This document shows positions 10,363-20,601 of a stretch of 64,000 nt of DNA, piece by piece. The DNA comes from Candidatus Tectimicrobiota bacterium. GTDB lineage: Bacteria; JACPUC01. The position numbers were made by a program, and so were the translations under genes. The DNA lies in contig JACPUC010000001.1 of assembly GCA_016192455.1 (NCBI GenBank), forward strand, positions 62,001-126,000. Reading direction: 5' to 3'. The notes under the pieces are model-generated. The model searched no databases. It saw nothing but the letters and a program-made list of their open reading frames with translations, and had not been told where the DNA came from. Within the stretch, counting starts at the first letter, position 1, and each line of letters begins with the position of its first letter.

Positions 10363-11474
10363 AAACGGCGAGCCGGCAGGAAACGGACCATGGAGCGCGC
10401 CTGCGGGCGGCGGGCCAGGCGCCGACGGGGGACGTGTTGCCGGCGCCCCATTCCGGCCGCTGGCCGCTGCTTCTTCTCGTGCTCCTGGCGGCGGTGTTCG
10501 CCGCCCTTGTCGCCGGCACCCTCATCGGCCCCACGGAGGTCTCCTGGGGGGCGGTGCGCGCCAGCTTCTGGCGCCTCGTCACGTTGCGCTTGAGCCTCGA
10601 CGGCCCGCCGGAGGAGATCATCATTCTCTTCCTCCGCATGCCGCGGGTGTTGCTGGCCGGGCTCGTGGGGGCCTCGCTGGCGGTGGCTGGCGTCATCATG
10701 CAGGCGCTCTTCCGCAATCCGATGGCCGAGGCGGGGATCATCGGGGTGACGAGCGGCGGCGCCTTCTTCGGCATCCTCTCCCTGCGGCTCGGCCTCGCCG
10801 CCGCCACCGTCTGGGCGCTGCCGGCGAGCGCCTTCGCGGGGGCCTTCGCGGTGGCCTTCAGCATCTACCTGCTGGCGGGCGGCGGGCGGCGCGAGTCGAT
10901 GTACCTGCTGCTGCTCATCGGCCTCGCCTTCAACTCGATCTTCAGCTCCCTCATCGCCCTGGTGCTGACGACCACGCCCAACTATGAGCTGGCGCGGCAG
11001 ATGCAGTTCTGGATGCTCGGCGGCCTCGAGGGACGGAGCTGGGAGCACGTCTGGCTGCTGGCGCCGTTCGCCTTCACGGGCATCATCATCTGCCGGCTGC
11101 ACGTGCGTACCCTGAACGTGCTGCTCCTCAGCGACGACAGCGCCGCCAGCCTGGGGCTGAACGTCGAGCGCGTGCGCGCCGAGCTCCTCACCGTCGCCGC
11201 GATGCTGGCCGGCGGGGCGGTGGCGGTCAGCGGCACCATCGCCTTCGTGGGGCTCATCGTGCCGCATATCTGCCGCCTCATCGCCGGGGCGAACCACCGC
11301 CACGTGGTGCCGGCCTCGGTGCTTCTGGGCGCCAGCTTCCTCATCGTCAGCGACATCCTGGCGCGCTCGCTGTTCACGACCACGGAGCTGCGCCTGGGCA
11401 TCGTCACCTCGCTGATCGGCGGACCGTTCTTTATCCATCTCCTCTTGTCGTCGAGCCGCCAGTTTCGGCGCTGA
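10359..11474 (+). CDS. btuC: FecCD/BtuC family ABC permease
   Basis: LRMPRVLLAGLVGASLAVAGVIMQALFRNPMAE, GTIAFVGLIVPH, GGPFF; ATGA overlap with upstream stop. Confidence 0.88.
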   Translation: MKTASRQETDHGARLRAAGQAPTGDVLPAPHSGRWPLLLLVLLAAVFAALVAGTLIGPTEVSWGAVRASFWRLVTLRLSLDGPPEEIIILFLRMPRVLLAGLVGASLAVAGVIMQALFRNPMAEAGIIGVTSGGAFFGILSLRLGLAAATVWALPASAFAGAFAVAFSIYLLAGGGRRESMYLLLLIGLAFNSIFSSLIALVLTTTPNYELARQMQFWMLGGLEGRSWEHVWLLAPFAFTGIIICRLHVRTLNVLLLSDDSAASLGLNVERVRAELLTVAAMLAGGAVAVSGTIAFVGLIVPHICRLIAGANHRHVVPASVLLGASFLIVSDILARSLFTTTELRLGIVTSLIGGPFFIHLLLSSSRQFRR

Positions 11475-11535
11475 CGCGGGGAGTACGGCTGGGCAAGCGG
11501 CGCCATGCGGGGAGGCATCCCTGCCGAGGTCAGGC

Positions 11536-12366
11536 GTGAGTCGAACGAATGGTCCAGTGGGCGAGGAGGGGAAGGGGCGCCCTGTGCTGGCGGCGCGGGG
11601 GGTCTCGTTCGCTTACGGTGCCGAGCCGGTGCTCTCGGGGGTGAGCCTGGAGCTGGCGGCGCACGCGTTCCTGGCCCTGCTGGGGCCGAACGGCAGCGGC
11701 AAGTCAACCCTGCTGCGGCTGCTCATCGGCTCGCTGCGGGCGAGCGCGGGCGCCGTGGCGCTGAACGAGGAGGAGGTGTCGCGTTGGGGCGCGCGCCAGC
11801 GGGCGCATTGGATCGCCTACGTGGAGCAGCAGGAGGACCTCTCCATGCCGCTGACGGTGCGGGACGTGGTGCTGATGGGGCGGCATCCCTACGTGCGGAG
11901 TTGGCAACGCGAGGGACAACGCGACCTGGCCCATGTGGAGCGGGCCATGCGGACCGTCGGCATCGAACACCTCGCCGAGCGGCCGGCCACCCAGCTCTCC
12001 GGCGGCGAGCGCCAGCTCGTCAGCCTGGCGCGGGCGTTCGCTCAGGATACGCCCTTCCTTGTCCTCGACGAGCCGACGGCCAGCCTCGACCTGCACTACG
12101 CCTTGCAGATTCTCCACCACCTGCAGGTCTTTACGCACAACGGCGGCGCCGCCATCGTCGCCATGCACGACCTCAACCTGGCGGCGGCGTTCTGCGGCGA
12201 GGCGCTGCTTCTCTGTGAGGGGCGGCCGCTCGCCGCCGGGCCGATGGAGGCGGTGCTGACCGAAGAGAACGTGCGCCGGGGCTACGGGGTGGAGGTGCGC
12301 ATCAGCCGCAGCGCCGTGCACGGACACCTCACCGTCACCCCGCTGCCGCTGGAGGCGGACGGGTGA
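11536..12366 (+). CDS. btuD: ABC ATP-binding protein (BtuD/FecE type)
   Basis: Walker A GPNGSGKS, LSGGERQ, LDEPT, MHDLNLAA. Confidence 0.9.
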   Translation: MSRTNGPVGEEGKGRPVLAARGVSFAYGAEPVLSGVSLELAAHAFLALLGPNGSGKSTLLRLLIGSLRASAGAVALNEEEVSRWGARQRAHWIAYVEQQEDLSMPLTVRDVVLMGRHPYVRSWQREGQRDLAHVERAMRTVGIEHLAERPATQLSGGERQLVSLARAFAQDTPFLVLDEPTASLDLHYALQILHHLQVFTHNGGAAIVAMHDLNLAAAFCGEALLLCEGRPLAAGPMEAVLTEENVRRGYGVEVRISRSAVHGHLTVTPLPLEADG

Positions 12367-12369
12367 GAC

Positions 12370-12950
12370 GAAGAACCACGGATGAACACGGATGGACAGT
12401 GATCTGTGTGCATCTGTGTCCATCCGTGGTTCCTTCTCCTTCTCCGCGCCCTCAGCGTCTCCGCGGTAAATCCTTATGCACCGCAGAGGCGCGGAGGACG
12501 CAGAGGGGTAGGATGGGCTTCCAGCCTGTCGAGCGCAGGGGCGGTTCGCGAACCGCCCCTACAGTCGGGATGCAAGGAACCTCGGGTGAACGGTGCTGGA
12601 CACTGATCTGTGTGCATCTGTGTCCATCCGTGGTTCCTTCCCCTTCCTTCTCCGCGCCTTCAGCGTCTCCGCGGTAAATCCTTATGCACCGCAGAGGCGC
12701 GGAGGACGCAGAGAGGTAGGAGAGGATTCCATCCCAGCGACCGTAGGGGCGGTTCGCGAACCGCCCCTATCATCGGGATGCAAGTGACCGCTGCTGGACA
12801 CTGATCTGTGTACATCTGTGTACATCTGTGTCCATCCGTGGTTCCTTCTCTTCCTTCTCCGCGACCTCAGCGTCTCCGCGGTAAATCCTTATGCACCGCA
12901 GAGGCGCGGAGGACGCAGAGGGGTAGGATGGGCTTCCAGCTTGTCGACGA
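12370..12950. repeat. Three tandem ~200-bp composite palindromic repeat units (REPIN-like)
   Basis: Unit marker GGACA(C/G)TGATCTGTGT at 12394, 12598, 12796; each unit has CTCCGCG...CGCGGT-AAATCCTTATGC-ACCGCAGAGGCGCGGAGGACGCAGAG; REP palindromes at 12535-12562 and 12743-12770. Confidence 0.92.
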
Positions 12951-13031
12951 TGCAGGCCACCGCTGGCGACCGGGGATGGGAAAGGAATCGCGCAGGAGAG
13001 TCTTGCGAGGCCCCTTACTCCCCCCAGCCCC

Positions 13032-13207
13032 GAGGAGAGAGGAGCGCGGGGAAAGGGGAAAGGAGAGCGGCGCGCCGCCGCGGCGGAGCCGCCTAGTGCG
13101 GAGAGAGGAGAGAGGAGAGAGGAGATTCAATGTGTTCTCTTTTCTACTTACTACCCTCTCCTATCTCACCGCGCAACGGCGCCTCCTCTCCTCCATCTAC
13201 TCTCTCG
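13032..13207. repeat. Purine-rich heptamer-like repeats (GAGGAGA/GGGGAAA) followed by a pyrimidine-rich counterpart
   Basis: gaggagagaggag...ggggaaaggggaaaggag...gagaggagaggagagaggag, then ctcttttctacttactaccctctcctatctc...ctcctctcctccatctactctctc. Confidence 0.6.
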
Positions 13208-13225
13208 CCGCCTCGCGGCGCCCCG

Positions 13226-13426
13226 TCAGCGTTTGTGCGGCGGCGCCTCGGCAAAGGTGGTGCCGGCGAAGGCCCAATTCTTGGCCGGCACCTCCTGGAT
13301 GACGACGTGGATGTGGCTGGCGTCGATGTTGACGGTCTTCACCATTGCCTCCGTCAGCGCCGCCGCCAGGTTCTTGCGCTGCTCGTCGCTGCGCCCTTCC
13401 AGCATCTCAACGCGAATGATCGGCAT
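13226..13426 (-). CDS. 4-oxalocrotonate tautomerase family protein
   Basis: MPIIRVEMLEGRSDEQRK...IHVVIQEVPAKNWAFAG; catalytic Pro1 and Arg11; RBS GAGGGGAG. Confidence 0.92.
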   Translation of the reverse strand: MPIIRVEMLEGRSDEQRKNLAAALTEAMVKTVNIDASHIHVVIQEVPAKNWAFAGTTFAEAPPHKR

Positions 13427-13500
13427 GGTAGCTCCCCTCTTCTGATCGGCAACCGAGGTCCCCCCTGGGCGCTCCGCGGCGCGGCACGGCGTGCCCCTCC

Positions 13501-13983
13501 CTATCCCCACTTGTGGTAGGGGTCTGGACGCACGCCGCCGATCTCCAAAAGCTGCTCCTTGTTGAAGACGAGCTCGGCGCGGCTCGGGGCCGCCAGCTCG
13601 AACTTCTCGGTGAGGAAGATGGCCTCCTCCGGGCAGACCTCCTCGCAGTAGCCGCACATGATGCAGCGCAGCATGTTGATGTCGAAGACCTTCGGCCCCT
13701 TCTCGACGGGGTGGTCGGCAACCTCGTGGGCCTCGATGAGGATGGCGACGGGCGGGCAGACGAACTCGCACAGCTTGCAGGCCACGCACTTGGTGCGGCC
13801 GTTCTCGTCGCGCACCAGGGCGGGCATGCCGCGGAAGCGCGACAGGGGAACGTCGCGCTCCTCCGGGTACTGCAGGGTGAATTTGGGCCGGAAGAGGTGG
13901 CGAATCGTATGGCTCAGCCCCCGCACGATCTCGGGGAGGTAGAGGCGCTCGACGAAATTGAGCTGGCGCGCGGTTGGCATCAT
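13501..13983 (-). CDS. nuoI: NADH:quinone oxidoreductase subunit I (2x[4Fe-4S])
   Basis: TLQYPEE, RFRG, CVACKLCEFVCP, INMLRCIMCGYCEEVCPEEAI. Confidence 0.93.
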   Translation of the reverse strand: MMPTARQLNFVERLYLPEIVRGLSHTIRHLFRPKFTLQYPEERDVPLSRFRGMPALVRDENGRTKCVACKLCEFVCPPVAILIEAHEVADHPVEKGPKVFDINMLRCIMCGYCEEVCPEEAIFLTEKFELAAPSRAELVFNKEQLLEIGGVRPDPYHKWG

Positions 13984-14042
13984 CGATCCTTCAGACTGAA
14001 CGCTGGGTTGGACCCGGGCGCCACGGGAGGTGCGGCGGCGGC

Positions 14043-15242
14043 TCAGCGGTCCACCTCGCCCATCACCGGATCAAGGCTCGAGATGACGGTGACGACGTCC
14101 GAGAGCAGCCGTCCTTCGACCATCTTCGACATGGCGGAGAGGTTGCAGAAGGAGGGCGAGCGGATTTTCAGCCGGTACGGTTTGCCCCCTCCCTCGCTGA
14201 TGATGTAGAACCCCAGCTCCCCCTTCGGCGCCTCAATGCTGTGGTAGACCTCCCCTTTCGGGGCACGGTGCCCGAAGACGACGATCTCGAAGTCTTGGAT
14301 GAGCTCCTCCATGCTGCAGAGGATGCGGCGCTTCGGCGGCGGGGTGATCTTCGGGTCCGGCACGCTGATCGGTCCGCCCGGCATGCGCTCGATGGCCTGC
14401 AGGGCGATGCGCCGCGCCTGCCGCATCTCCTCCATGCGCACCAGGTAGCGGGCGTAGGAGTCGCCCGCCTCCTCGACCGGCACGTCGAACTCGAAGTGCT
14501 CGTAGCTGCTGTAGGGCCGCGCCTTGCGCAGGTCCCAGGCCACCCCGGCGGCGCGCAGGCTGGGACCCGTGAGGCCGTAAGCGATGGCGTCCTCCCGGCT
14601 GATCACCCCCACGCCGCGGCAGCGATCGTACCAGATGCGGTTGCGCGTCAACAGGCCGTCCATCTCCTTGAGCTGCGACGGGAACTCATCGAGGAAGGCC
14701 CGGACGCGCGACTCGAAGCCTTCCGGCAGGTCCCACGCCAGGCCGCCGACGCGCGTGTAGCTGGTGTTCATGCGCACGCCGGTGAGGTCTTCGAACAGGC
14801 GGTTGAGCTTCTCGCGCTCGCGGAAGGCGTAAAAGATGATGGTGACGGCGCCGAGGTCCACCGCCATGGTGCCGAGCCAGAGGAGGTGCGCCGAGATGCG
14901 CGCCAGCTCGCAGCAGAGGACGCGGATGTACTGCGCCCGCGGCGTCGCCTCGATGCCGAGCAGTTTCTCCACCGCCAGCACGTAGGCGACGTTGTTCGAC
15001 AGCGGCGCCACGTAGTCGAGGCGGTCCGTGTAGGGGATGAACTGGTGGTAGGTGCGGTGCTCGGCGATCTTCTCCTTGCCGCTGTGCAGGTAGCCGAGGA
15101 TGGGCTGCGCCGAGACGACGGTCTCGCCGTCCACCTCCAGGAGCAGGCGCAGCACGCCATGGGTTCCCGGATGCGAGGGGCCCATGTTGAGGGTCATCGT
15201 TTCGGTGCGCAGGTCGGTGACGGCCGGATGCGTCGTGTTCAT
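14043..15242 (-). CDS. nuoD: NADH:quinone oxidoreductase subunit D
   Basis: [56 protein letters not shown]; no NiFe CxxC pairs. Confidence 0.94.
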   Translation of the reverse strand: MNTTHPAVTDLRTETMTLNMGPSHPGTHGVLRLLLEVDGETVVSAQPILGYLHSGKEKIAEHRTYHQFIPYTDRLDYVAPLSNNVAYVLAVEKLLGIEATPRAQYIRVLCCELARISAHLLWLGTMAVDLGAVTIIFYAFREREKLNRLFEDLTGVRMNTSYTRVGGLAWDLPEGFESRVRAFLDEFPSQLKEMDGLLTRNRIWYDRCRGVGVISREDAIAYGLTGPSLRAAGVAWDLRKARPYSSYEHFEFDVPVEEAGDSYARYLVRMEEMRQARRIALQAIERMPGGPISVPDPKITPPPKRRILCSMEELIQDFEIVVFGHRAPKGEVYHSIEAPKGELGFYIISEGGGKPYRLKIRSPSFCNLSAMSKMVEGRLLSDVVTVISSLDPVMGEVDR

Positions 15243-15751
15243 GCGCCCTCCTGGCGGGGCGCGAGCGCCGCACCTTGCCGGGTCTCGTCGCCGGACGCTC
15301 GGCTGATCCTCTCCTGCAACTTGATCACCGCGTCGATGACCGCCTCCGGCCGCGGCGGGCAGCCGGGGACGTACATATCGACGGGGACCACCTCGTCCGC
15401 CCCCTGCAGCACCGCATACGAGTTATGCGGCCCGCCGCACGAGGCGCAGGCGCCCATGGCGATGACCCACTTGGGTTCCGGCATCTGGTCGTAGATCTTG
15501 CGCAACGCCGGCGCCATCTTACGGGTGATCCATCCCGCCACCATCAGGAGGTCGGCCTGCCGCGGCGAGAAGCGCGCCACCTCCGCCCCGAAGCGCGAGA
15601 TGTCGTACTTCGTCGTCAGCACGGACATCAGCTCGATGGCGCAGCAGGAGGTGCCGAAGGGCATGGGCCACAAGGAGTTCTTGCGGGCCCATTTCACCAC
15701 CTCGCCAAGGCGTGTCGTCATGATCATGTCTTCGAGGTTGCCGTCGAACAT
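15239..15751 (-). CDS. nuoB: NADH:quinone oxidoreductase subunit B
   Basis: [49 protein letters not shown]; start MFDGNL after AGGAAGG. Confidence 0.94.
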   Translation of the reverse strand: MFDGNLEDMIMTTRLGEVVKWARKNSLWPMPFGTSCCAIELMSVLTTKYDISRFGAEVARFSPRQADLLMVAGWITRKMAPALRKIYDQMPEPKWVIAMGACASCGGPHNSYAVLQGADEVVPVDMYVPGCPPRPEAVIDAVIKLQERISRASGDETRQGAALAPRQEGA

Positions 15752-16084
15752 CGTCGCTGCCTTCCTGTTGCCGTCGGCTGGTGCGCTGGGGGCGAAACGC
15801 CCAAACCGCGCCCTCGGCGGGCCCGGCGGGGTAAAACCCTCGCCTCGCGCCGACACGGGGCCGCCGCTCCCCGGCGCCGGTACGCTATAGCATAACCAAA
15901 ATTGGCCTCGGCTGCAAAAGGCGATTGAGGCGCTGCCCCCCCCGCCTCAAAAGAGCCGGCAACGGCTGCCCTGGCGAGCGAGAAATTCCTTCCGTCGGTG
16001 CGCCGCTTGTAGTACCCTTGACGGGATGTAACGGATGTTCCATGTTCAACGCGCATGCCCCTACGCTAGAAGGGTAGACCTGCC

Positions 16085-16654
16085 GTGAAGCTGCCGCGCT
16101 TTTTCTCTTGGGTTCCCGTGGGGATTCTCATGGCCGTTGGGCTTCTCTGGACGGCCACGGCGCTGGCCACCCACGAGGCCGATCATCGCTACCACGTGGA
16201 AGGCTACGTGCTCGATGCCCAGGAACGCCCCCTCGCCAACTCGCCGGTCAGCGTGCGCCAGCAGGGGCGCATCATCGGCAATGGCGCCACCAGCTCGCGG
16301 GGATTCTACAGCATCCTCCTGCACCTCCACGATGGGGACCTCGGCCAGACCATGCAGGTGCGCAGCGAGAACCACGAAGCCCCCATTCGCGTCACCTTCA
16401 CGCCGGGGGACGCGACCACGAGGCGCGTGCACCACCTGAACTTCATTGGGGCGACGGTCATTGAGGAGAAGCTGGCGCGGGGCGGCGTGCCAACCTGGCT
16501 CTACGCCGCCATCGCCGTCGTGGTCATCGTGCCGGCGGGAATCCTCCTGAGTCGTCGCGGCAAGCGCAATAGCTCGACGCAGACGGGCAAGGGGAGATCG
16601 CCGCAGGCGCAGGCGAAGTCCCAGCCCAAGTCCCGCAAGCGCAAGAAGAGGTGA
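16085..16654 (+). CDS. Hypothetical exported, membrane-anchored protein (prealbumin/carboxypeptidase-regulatory-like beta domain)
   Basis: Signal peptide ending ALA|THEADH; VEGYVLDAQERPLANSPV; C-terminal TM helix and basic tail KSRKRKKR. Confidence 0.75.
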   Translation: MKLPRFFSWVPVGILMAVGLLWTATALATHEADHRYHVEGYVLDAQERPLANSPVSVRQQGRIIGNGATSSRGFYSILLHLHDGDLGQTMQVRSENHEAPIRVTFTPGDATTRRVHHLNFIGATVIEEKLARGGVPTWLYAAIAVVVIVPAGILLSRRGKRNSSTQTGKGRSPQAQAKSQPKSRKRKKR

Positions 16655-16936
16655 GGAGCTGCGCGTCAGCGCGCCTGCGAAGCGGCGGCGCTGCCGCCGG
16701 CGCGGCAGCCCGCGTCACACCTGAAGCTCGATGAAAGGCTTGCGGCGGCTGCGCGTCGCCAGCCGCGCCGCCCCCCCATCTCCGACCGTTGCGTCGCCCG
16801 CCACCTTCGCTCGCCGTCGCCGCGCCAGCTCCCTGCCACGCCGCGCAGGCTGCCGCGCGCCGCCGCCAGGACGGAGCAGCCTGCATGGCGGGACGTCCGC
16901 CGCGAGAGCATGAGGCAGCGCTGCCCACCGTTCGCC

Positions 16937-17344
16937 TCACGCGGGGAGGACCGCCATGGCTTCAATCTCGACCATGTTCTGTTCGTCCCACAGCTCCACG
17001 ATCTGCACCAAGGTGATGGCGGGGTAGTACCTGCCGAAGTAGCGCTGGTAGATGGCGCCGAGATCTTTGTTGTGCGCCTTGTAGAGCTTCTTGTCGGTGA
17101 CGAAGATGCGCAGCAGGACGATATCCGTCATCTTCGCCCCCACCTCCTTGCAGCACGCCTGCAGGTTCGACATGGTCTGCTCGAACTGCTTCACTATGTC
17201 GCCGGGAGCGACGCAGCGCCCCGCCTGAGTCCACGGCACCTGGCCGGCGATGTAGAGCATCTTGCCGCCGCTCACCAGCATGGCGTGAGCGTACCCCTGG
17301 GGTTTGTTCAGGCTCGCGGGGTTGATCATCTTCACTTCCATCAT
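16937..17344 (-). CDS. RidA/YjgF family protein (second paralogue)
   Basis: INPASLNKPQGYAHA, LYIAGQ, YPAITLV, VEIEAMA; RBS GGAGGG. Confidence 0.9.
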   Translation of the reverse strand: MMEVKMINPASLNKPQGYAHAMLVSGGKMLYIAGQVPWTQAGRCVAPGDIVKQFEQTMSNLQACCKEVGAKMTDIVLLRIFVTDKKLYKAHNKDLGAIYQRYFGRYYPAITLVQIVELWDEQNMVEIEAMAVLPA

Positions 17345-17751
17345 CGTTCCCTCCTACATCGTTCAGTAACGCGGCGTGACCGCCAGCGGACCAGCGATCC
17401 CAACAAAGGAGCCGGACGCTGCGGCGTGGACGAGCGGGGCTGAGCAGGGATGTTCTCCACTCCCGGCGGAAGGGGCGCATGCCGGCGCTGAGGCGTCAGC
17501 GGGCTTGCGGCGGCCGGGCGAGCGCTACCTGGCTCGCGCCTGCACAGGCGCCTCTTGAGTCTCCCGCCGGCGATCTCCTGCTACTACTACGGAAGGAGGG
17601 CGGGATGCAACCCTGTTGGGGCCGGGTGGTGACGGGGCGAGGCCGGCTCCGCGTCGTGAAGGCGGGGCCTTGTCAAGCAGGGCGGGGCGCCGTAGAGTGC
17701 CGGCTGATGCTTGCCTCGCAGGTCACTCGAAGTTGGTGAAGGAGGACGGGG

Positions 17752-18048
17752 ATGATCACGCACCTCGTGCTGGTACAAACGAAGGAGGGCACGGATCAGG
17801 CAGCCGTGCAGCGTCTGGTCACGGACGCCAAGCGCAAGCTGGCCACCATCCAGGGGGTGCGGAACCTCAGCGCCGGCGTGGCCTTCCGAACCAATGCGAG
17901 CTTCAACGTCGGGCTCTGCATGTACTTCGAAACCGAGCAGGCGCTGCAGACCTACCGCGATCACCCCGTCCACGTAAACTACGTCAAGGAGGTCTTCGAG
18001 CCGGTGGCCGCGGACTTCCTCAGCTTCGATTTCCACGACGCGGCCTAG
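17752..18048 (+). CDS. Dabb (stress-responsive A/B barrel) family protein
   Basis: MITHLVL...LATIQGV..LSAG...F...ALQTYRDHPVH...DF; RBS AAGGAGG. Confidence 0.88.
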   Translation: MITHLVLVQTKEGTDQAAVQRLVTDAKRKLATIQGVRNLSAGVAFRTNASFNVGLCMYFETEQALQTYRDHPVHVNYVKEVFEPVAADFLSFDFHDAA

Positions 18049-18247
18049 GTATCAGAACAACCGGGCGGCGGCAAAGGGAGGGAGTTGCGGGGGGGGGCCT
18101 CAATTCCACACCCTTGAAGGGGAGACGCCGGCCGACCGCCCAGTCTGGCAGGGGGGGCGGAAAGCGGGCGTGACACCTGCCGCCACAAGACTCCTCCCTC
18201 ATGGGGAGTGGCTTGCCTTTTTGCGAACGAGACGCGGGAAGAGGCTG

Positions 18248-19903
18248 CTAAAAGTCCTTAAAGTCGTTGTCTTCGAGCGGGATGAGTTCGGCCGGCGAGG
18301 GTGCTCCGTGGCGCCGCGGGTTTGCCTGGAGCCTGCCGGGGCGTCCATTGCCGCCACCGTTGCGCAGTCCCCCCGTCAGCGGCGTGAACGGCTGCGGCCG
18401 CGCCACCGCGCGCGGCTCGGGGACGCCGACGCCGGGCATCGGGACGAGCTTCGCGGCGAGCGCGTGGTGCGCGCCCGCGCCCTTGCCTTCAACGACCGCC
18501 ACGAGCACCTCCACCATGCCCCGCAGCGACTCCGCCTGCGCCGACAGCTCTTCGCTCGCCGCCGCCGTCTCCTCGGCGCTGGCCGCGACCTGCTGGGTGA
18601 CACGATCGATCTGCCCCACGGCATCGTTCACCTGGCCGGCGCCTTTCGCTTGCTCATCGCAAGCGGCGGAGATTTCACTGAGCAGGTGCGCCACCTTGCC
18701 GACGTTTGCGACGATCGAGTTGAGTCCCACGGCCACCTTCTCAACAATCTTGGTTCCCTCCTGAGCCTTGACGACGTTCTCCTCGATGAGCGTCGTCGTC
18801 TCCCTGGCAGCCGCGGCGGCGCGCTGCGCCAGGTTGCGGACTTCGTCGGCGACCACGGCGAAGCCTTGCCCGGCATCGCCGGCCCGCGCCGCCTCCACCG
18901 CCGCGTTCAAGGCCAGCAGGTTCGTCTGAAAAGCGATCTCCTCGATCACCTTGATGATCTTCGAGATATTGCGGCTCGAGCCGTTAATGGCCCCCATCGC
19001 GGCCACCATCTCCTGCATGGCGCCGGTGCCCTCCTCGGCGGCGCGACTTGCCTCCCAGGCGAGCTGACTCGCCGAGCCGGCATTCTCCGCATTCTGGTGC
19101 GTCATCGAAGTCATCTCTTCGAGCGAGGCCGAGGTTTCCTGCAAACTCGCGGCCTGCTGCGCGGAGCCTTCGGCAAGCTGGTGGCTCGAGGTCGAAAGCT
19201 GGCCGGAGGCCGAGGCGACGCGATCGGAGCTCTCCGTCAAACTCTTGACGATCGCGAGCATGCGGCGTGTCGTGCCGCTGAGGATGTAGACCACCAGGAG
19301 CAAGGCGACGAACGACCCGACGGCGCCAAAGAGCAGCAGCATCCAGCGCGCCGCGTCGTAGATCGCATGGCCCCCAGCCCGCTCCTCATGGATCGCCGCC
19401 AGCCCGCGCTCGACGAGGGCGCTCATCGCCGCCTCGCTTTGGGTCAGGGCTTGATTCCCCTCGCTCAAGGCAAGCTCAACGGCGCGCGGCGCCGAGCTCG
19501 AACGGGCCAGGCGCTGCACCTCCCGGCTGATCGTCTGGTAGCGATCCCAGGCGGCGTTGAAGGTCTCCAGGGGCTTCCGCTCCGCCGCGCTCACCAGCGT
19601 GCCCAGCCGGGCGAGGCGCTGCGCCATCCCTGCCTGCGTCTCTTTGAGGGCATGGACGAAGCGCTCAGTCTCTTCCTGGCTGCGCGCCAACATGAGGTTC
19701 CGTTCATCCCTGGCGATCGCGGCAATGTCCTTGCCGATGGCGGTGGCGAGCTGCGCCATCGCCGCCGAGCGGTCAACCACGGTATCCAGGTGCGCCTTCA
19801 TGCCGGCAAGCTTCTGAAGCCCCAGGAGGGTCACCAGAATCGTCCCGACGCTGAGGAGGCAGACGATTGCGTAGATCTTTCGACTGAGACTGAGCCTCAC
19901 CAT
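18248..19903 (-). CDS. Methyl-accepting chemotaxis protein (4HB sensor domain)
   Basis: Two TM helices; [47 protein letters not shown]-terminal pentapeptide-like DFKDF. Confidence 0.96.
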   Translation of the reverse strand: MVRLSLSRKIYAIVCLLSVGTILVTLLGLQKLAGMKAHLDTVVDRSAAMAQLATAIGKDIAAIARDERNLMLARSQEETERFVHALKETQAGMAQRLARLGTLVSAAERKPLETFNAAWDRYQTISREVQRLARSSSAPRAVELALSEGNQALTQSEAAMSALVERGLAAIHEERAGGHAIYDAARWMLLLFGAVGSFVALLLVVYILSGTTRRMLAIVKSLTESSDRVASASGQLSTSSHQLAEGSAQQAASLQETSASLEEMTSMTHQNAENAGSASQLAWEASRAAEEGTGAMQEMVAAMGAINGSSRNISKIIKVIEEIAFQTNLLALNAAVEAARAGDAGQGFAVVADEVRNLAQRAAAAARETTTLIEENVVKAQEGTKIVEKVAVGLNSIVANVGKVAHLLSEISAACDEQAKGAGQVNDAVGQIDRVTQQVAASAEETAAASEELSAQAESLRGMVEVLVAVVEGKGAGAHHALAAKLVPMPGVGVPEPRAVARPQPFTPLTGGLRNGGGNGRPGRLQANPRRHGAPSPAELIPLEDNDFKDF

Positions 19904-20170
19904 GGGCTTACTCCTTGGCCGCCGCCGGTGCAGGCTGGCACTCGACAGCGCGGGGCTGTCGCCTCCTCACTGGAACGGGCTCGCGTGCAGGCTGCCGGGC
20001 GCTTTTTCGCAGCTTGCCGCTGGATTCGCGGCTGGCCTGGCAGGCCGTGGGAAGTGTGCCGCACCCTCGCACCCCAGGCCCGACATCCCGTGCGTGAGCG
20101 GTCTGCCCGGCAGCTTCAGCGGCCGAGTCGCGCCGCAGGGGGGGCATGGATGAGCATTCCTCCAAGCAAG

Positions 20171-20185
20171 GCAACTCTCGTGCCG
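20171..20185 (-). promoter_or_regulatory. Putative sigma-54 promoter upstream of the MCP gene
   Basis: Minus strand CGGCACGAGAGTTGC = GG-N10-GC, close to TGGCAC-N5-TTGC. Confidence 0.6.
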
Positions 20186-20573
20186 CAGCCGGCCAGTGAC
20201 GCTTTTTCACTTCCGATGGCCGTCCCTTGGCCTTCTGGGGGCCTCTCTCCCGGCCTCTCGCAGGGCAGCCCCGGGCCAGGCGAGCGCTGTTTTCGCCGCG
20301 CGAGGCGCTCTCCTCGCCAAGTCCCAGCACCCGAGTCGAGGCACGACGAAGCACAACTTTGACATTCCGGCGGCAGGGATGTTGACACAAGCAGCCCCGC
20401 GCTTGGCAGCCGCCCGCACTCACCGCGGCTCGCCTCGCCTGCCTGGGGCAGCCTCCCGTTCCTCGCCCACGCCGCCGCCTGCGGGCTGTCCGCCTCGTCG
20501 CGGGGCGTCAGGAGCGCTGTTCCCGGCAGGTCGTCCAGGTTGCGTCGTCTCCAACCACGCTGCCTCTCTGTAT

Positions 20574-20601
20574 GCATCGGCAGGACGCTCCCCAGGCTTG
20601 A
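20574..20601 (-). promoter_or_regulatory. Putative sigma-28 (FliA) promoter facing the MCP gene
   Basis: Minus strand TCAAG-N15-GCCGATGC. Confidence 0.45.

Noticed and set aside
12370-12950. CRISPR array
   Set aside because: Units are about 200 bp and similar along their whole length, with no unique spacers and no cas genes
14043-15242. Group 4 [NiFe]-hydrogenase large subunit
   Set aside because: Lacks both CxxC Ni-binding motifs and has complex I signatures (RLDY, GEVDR)
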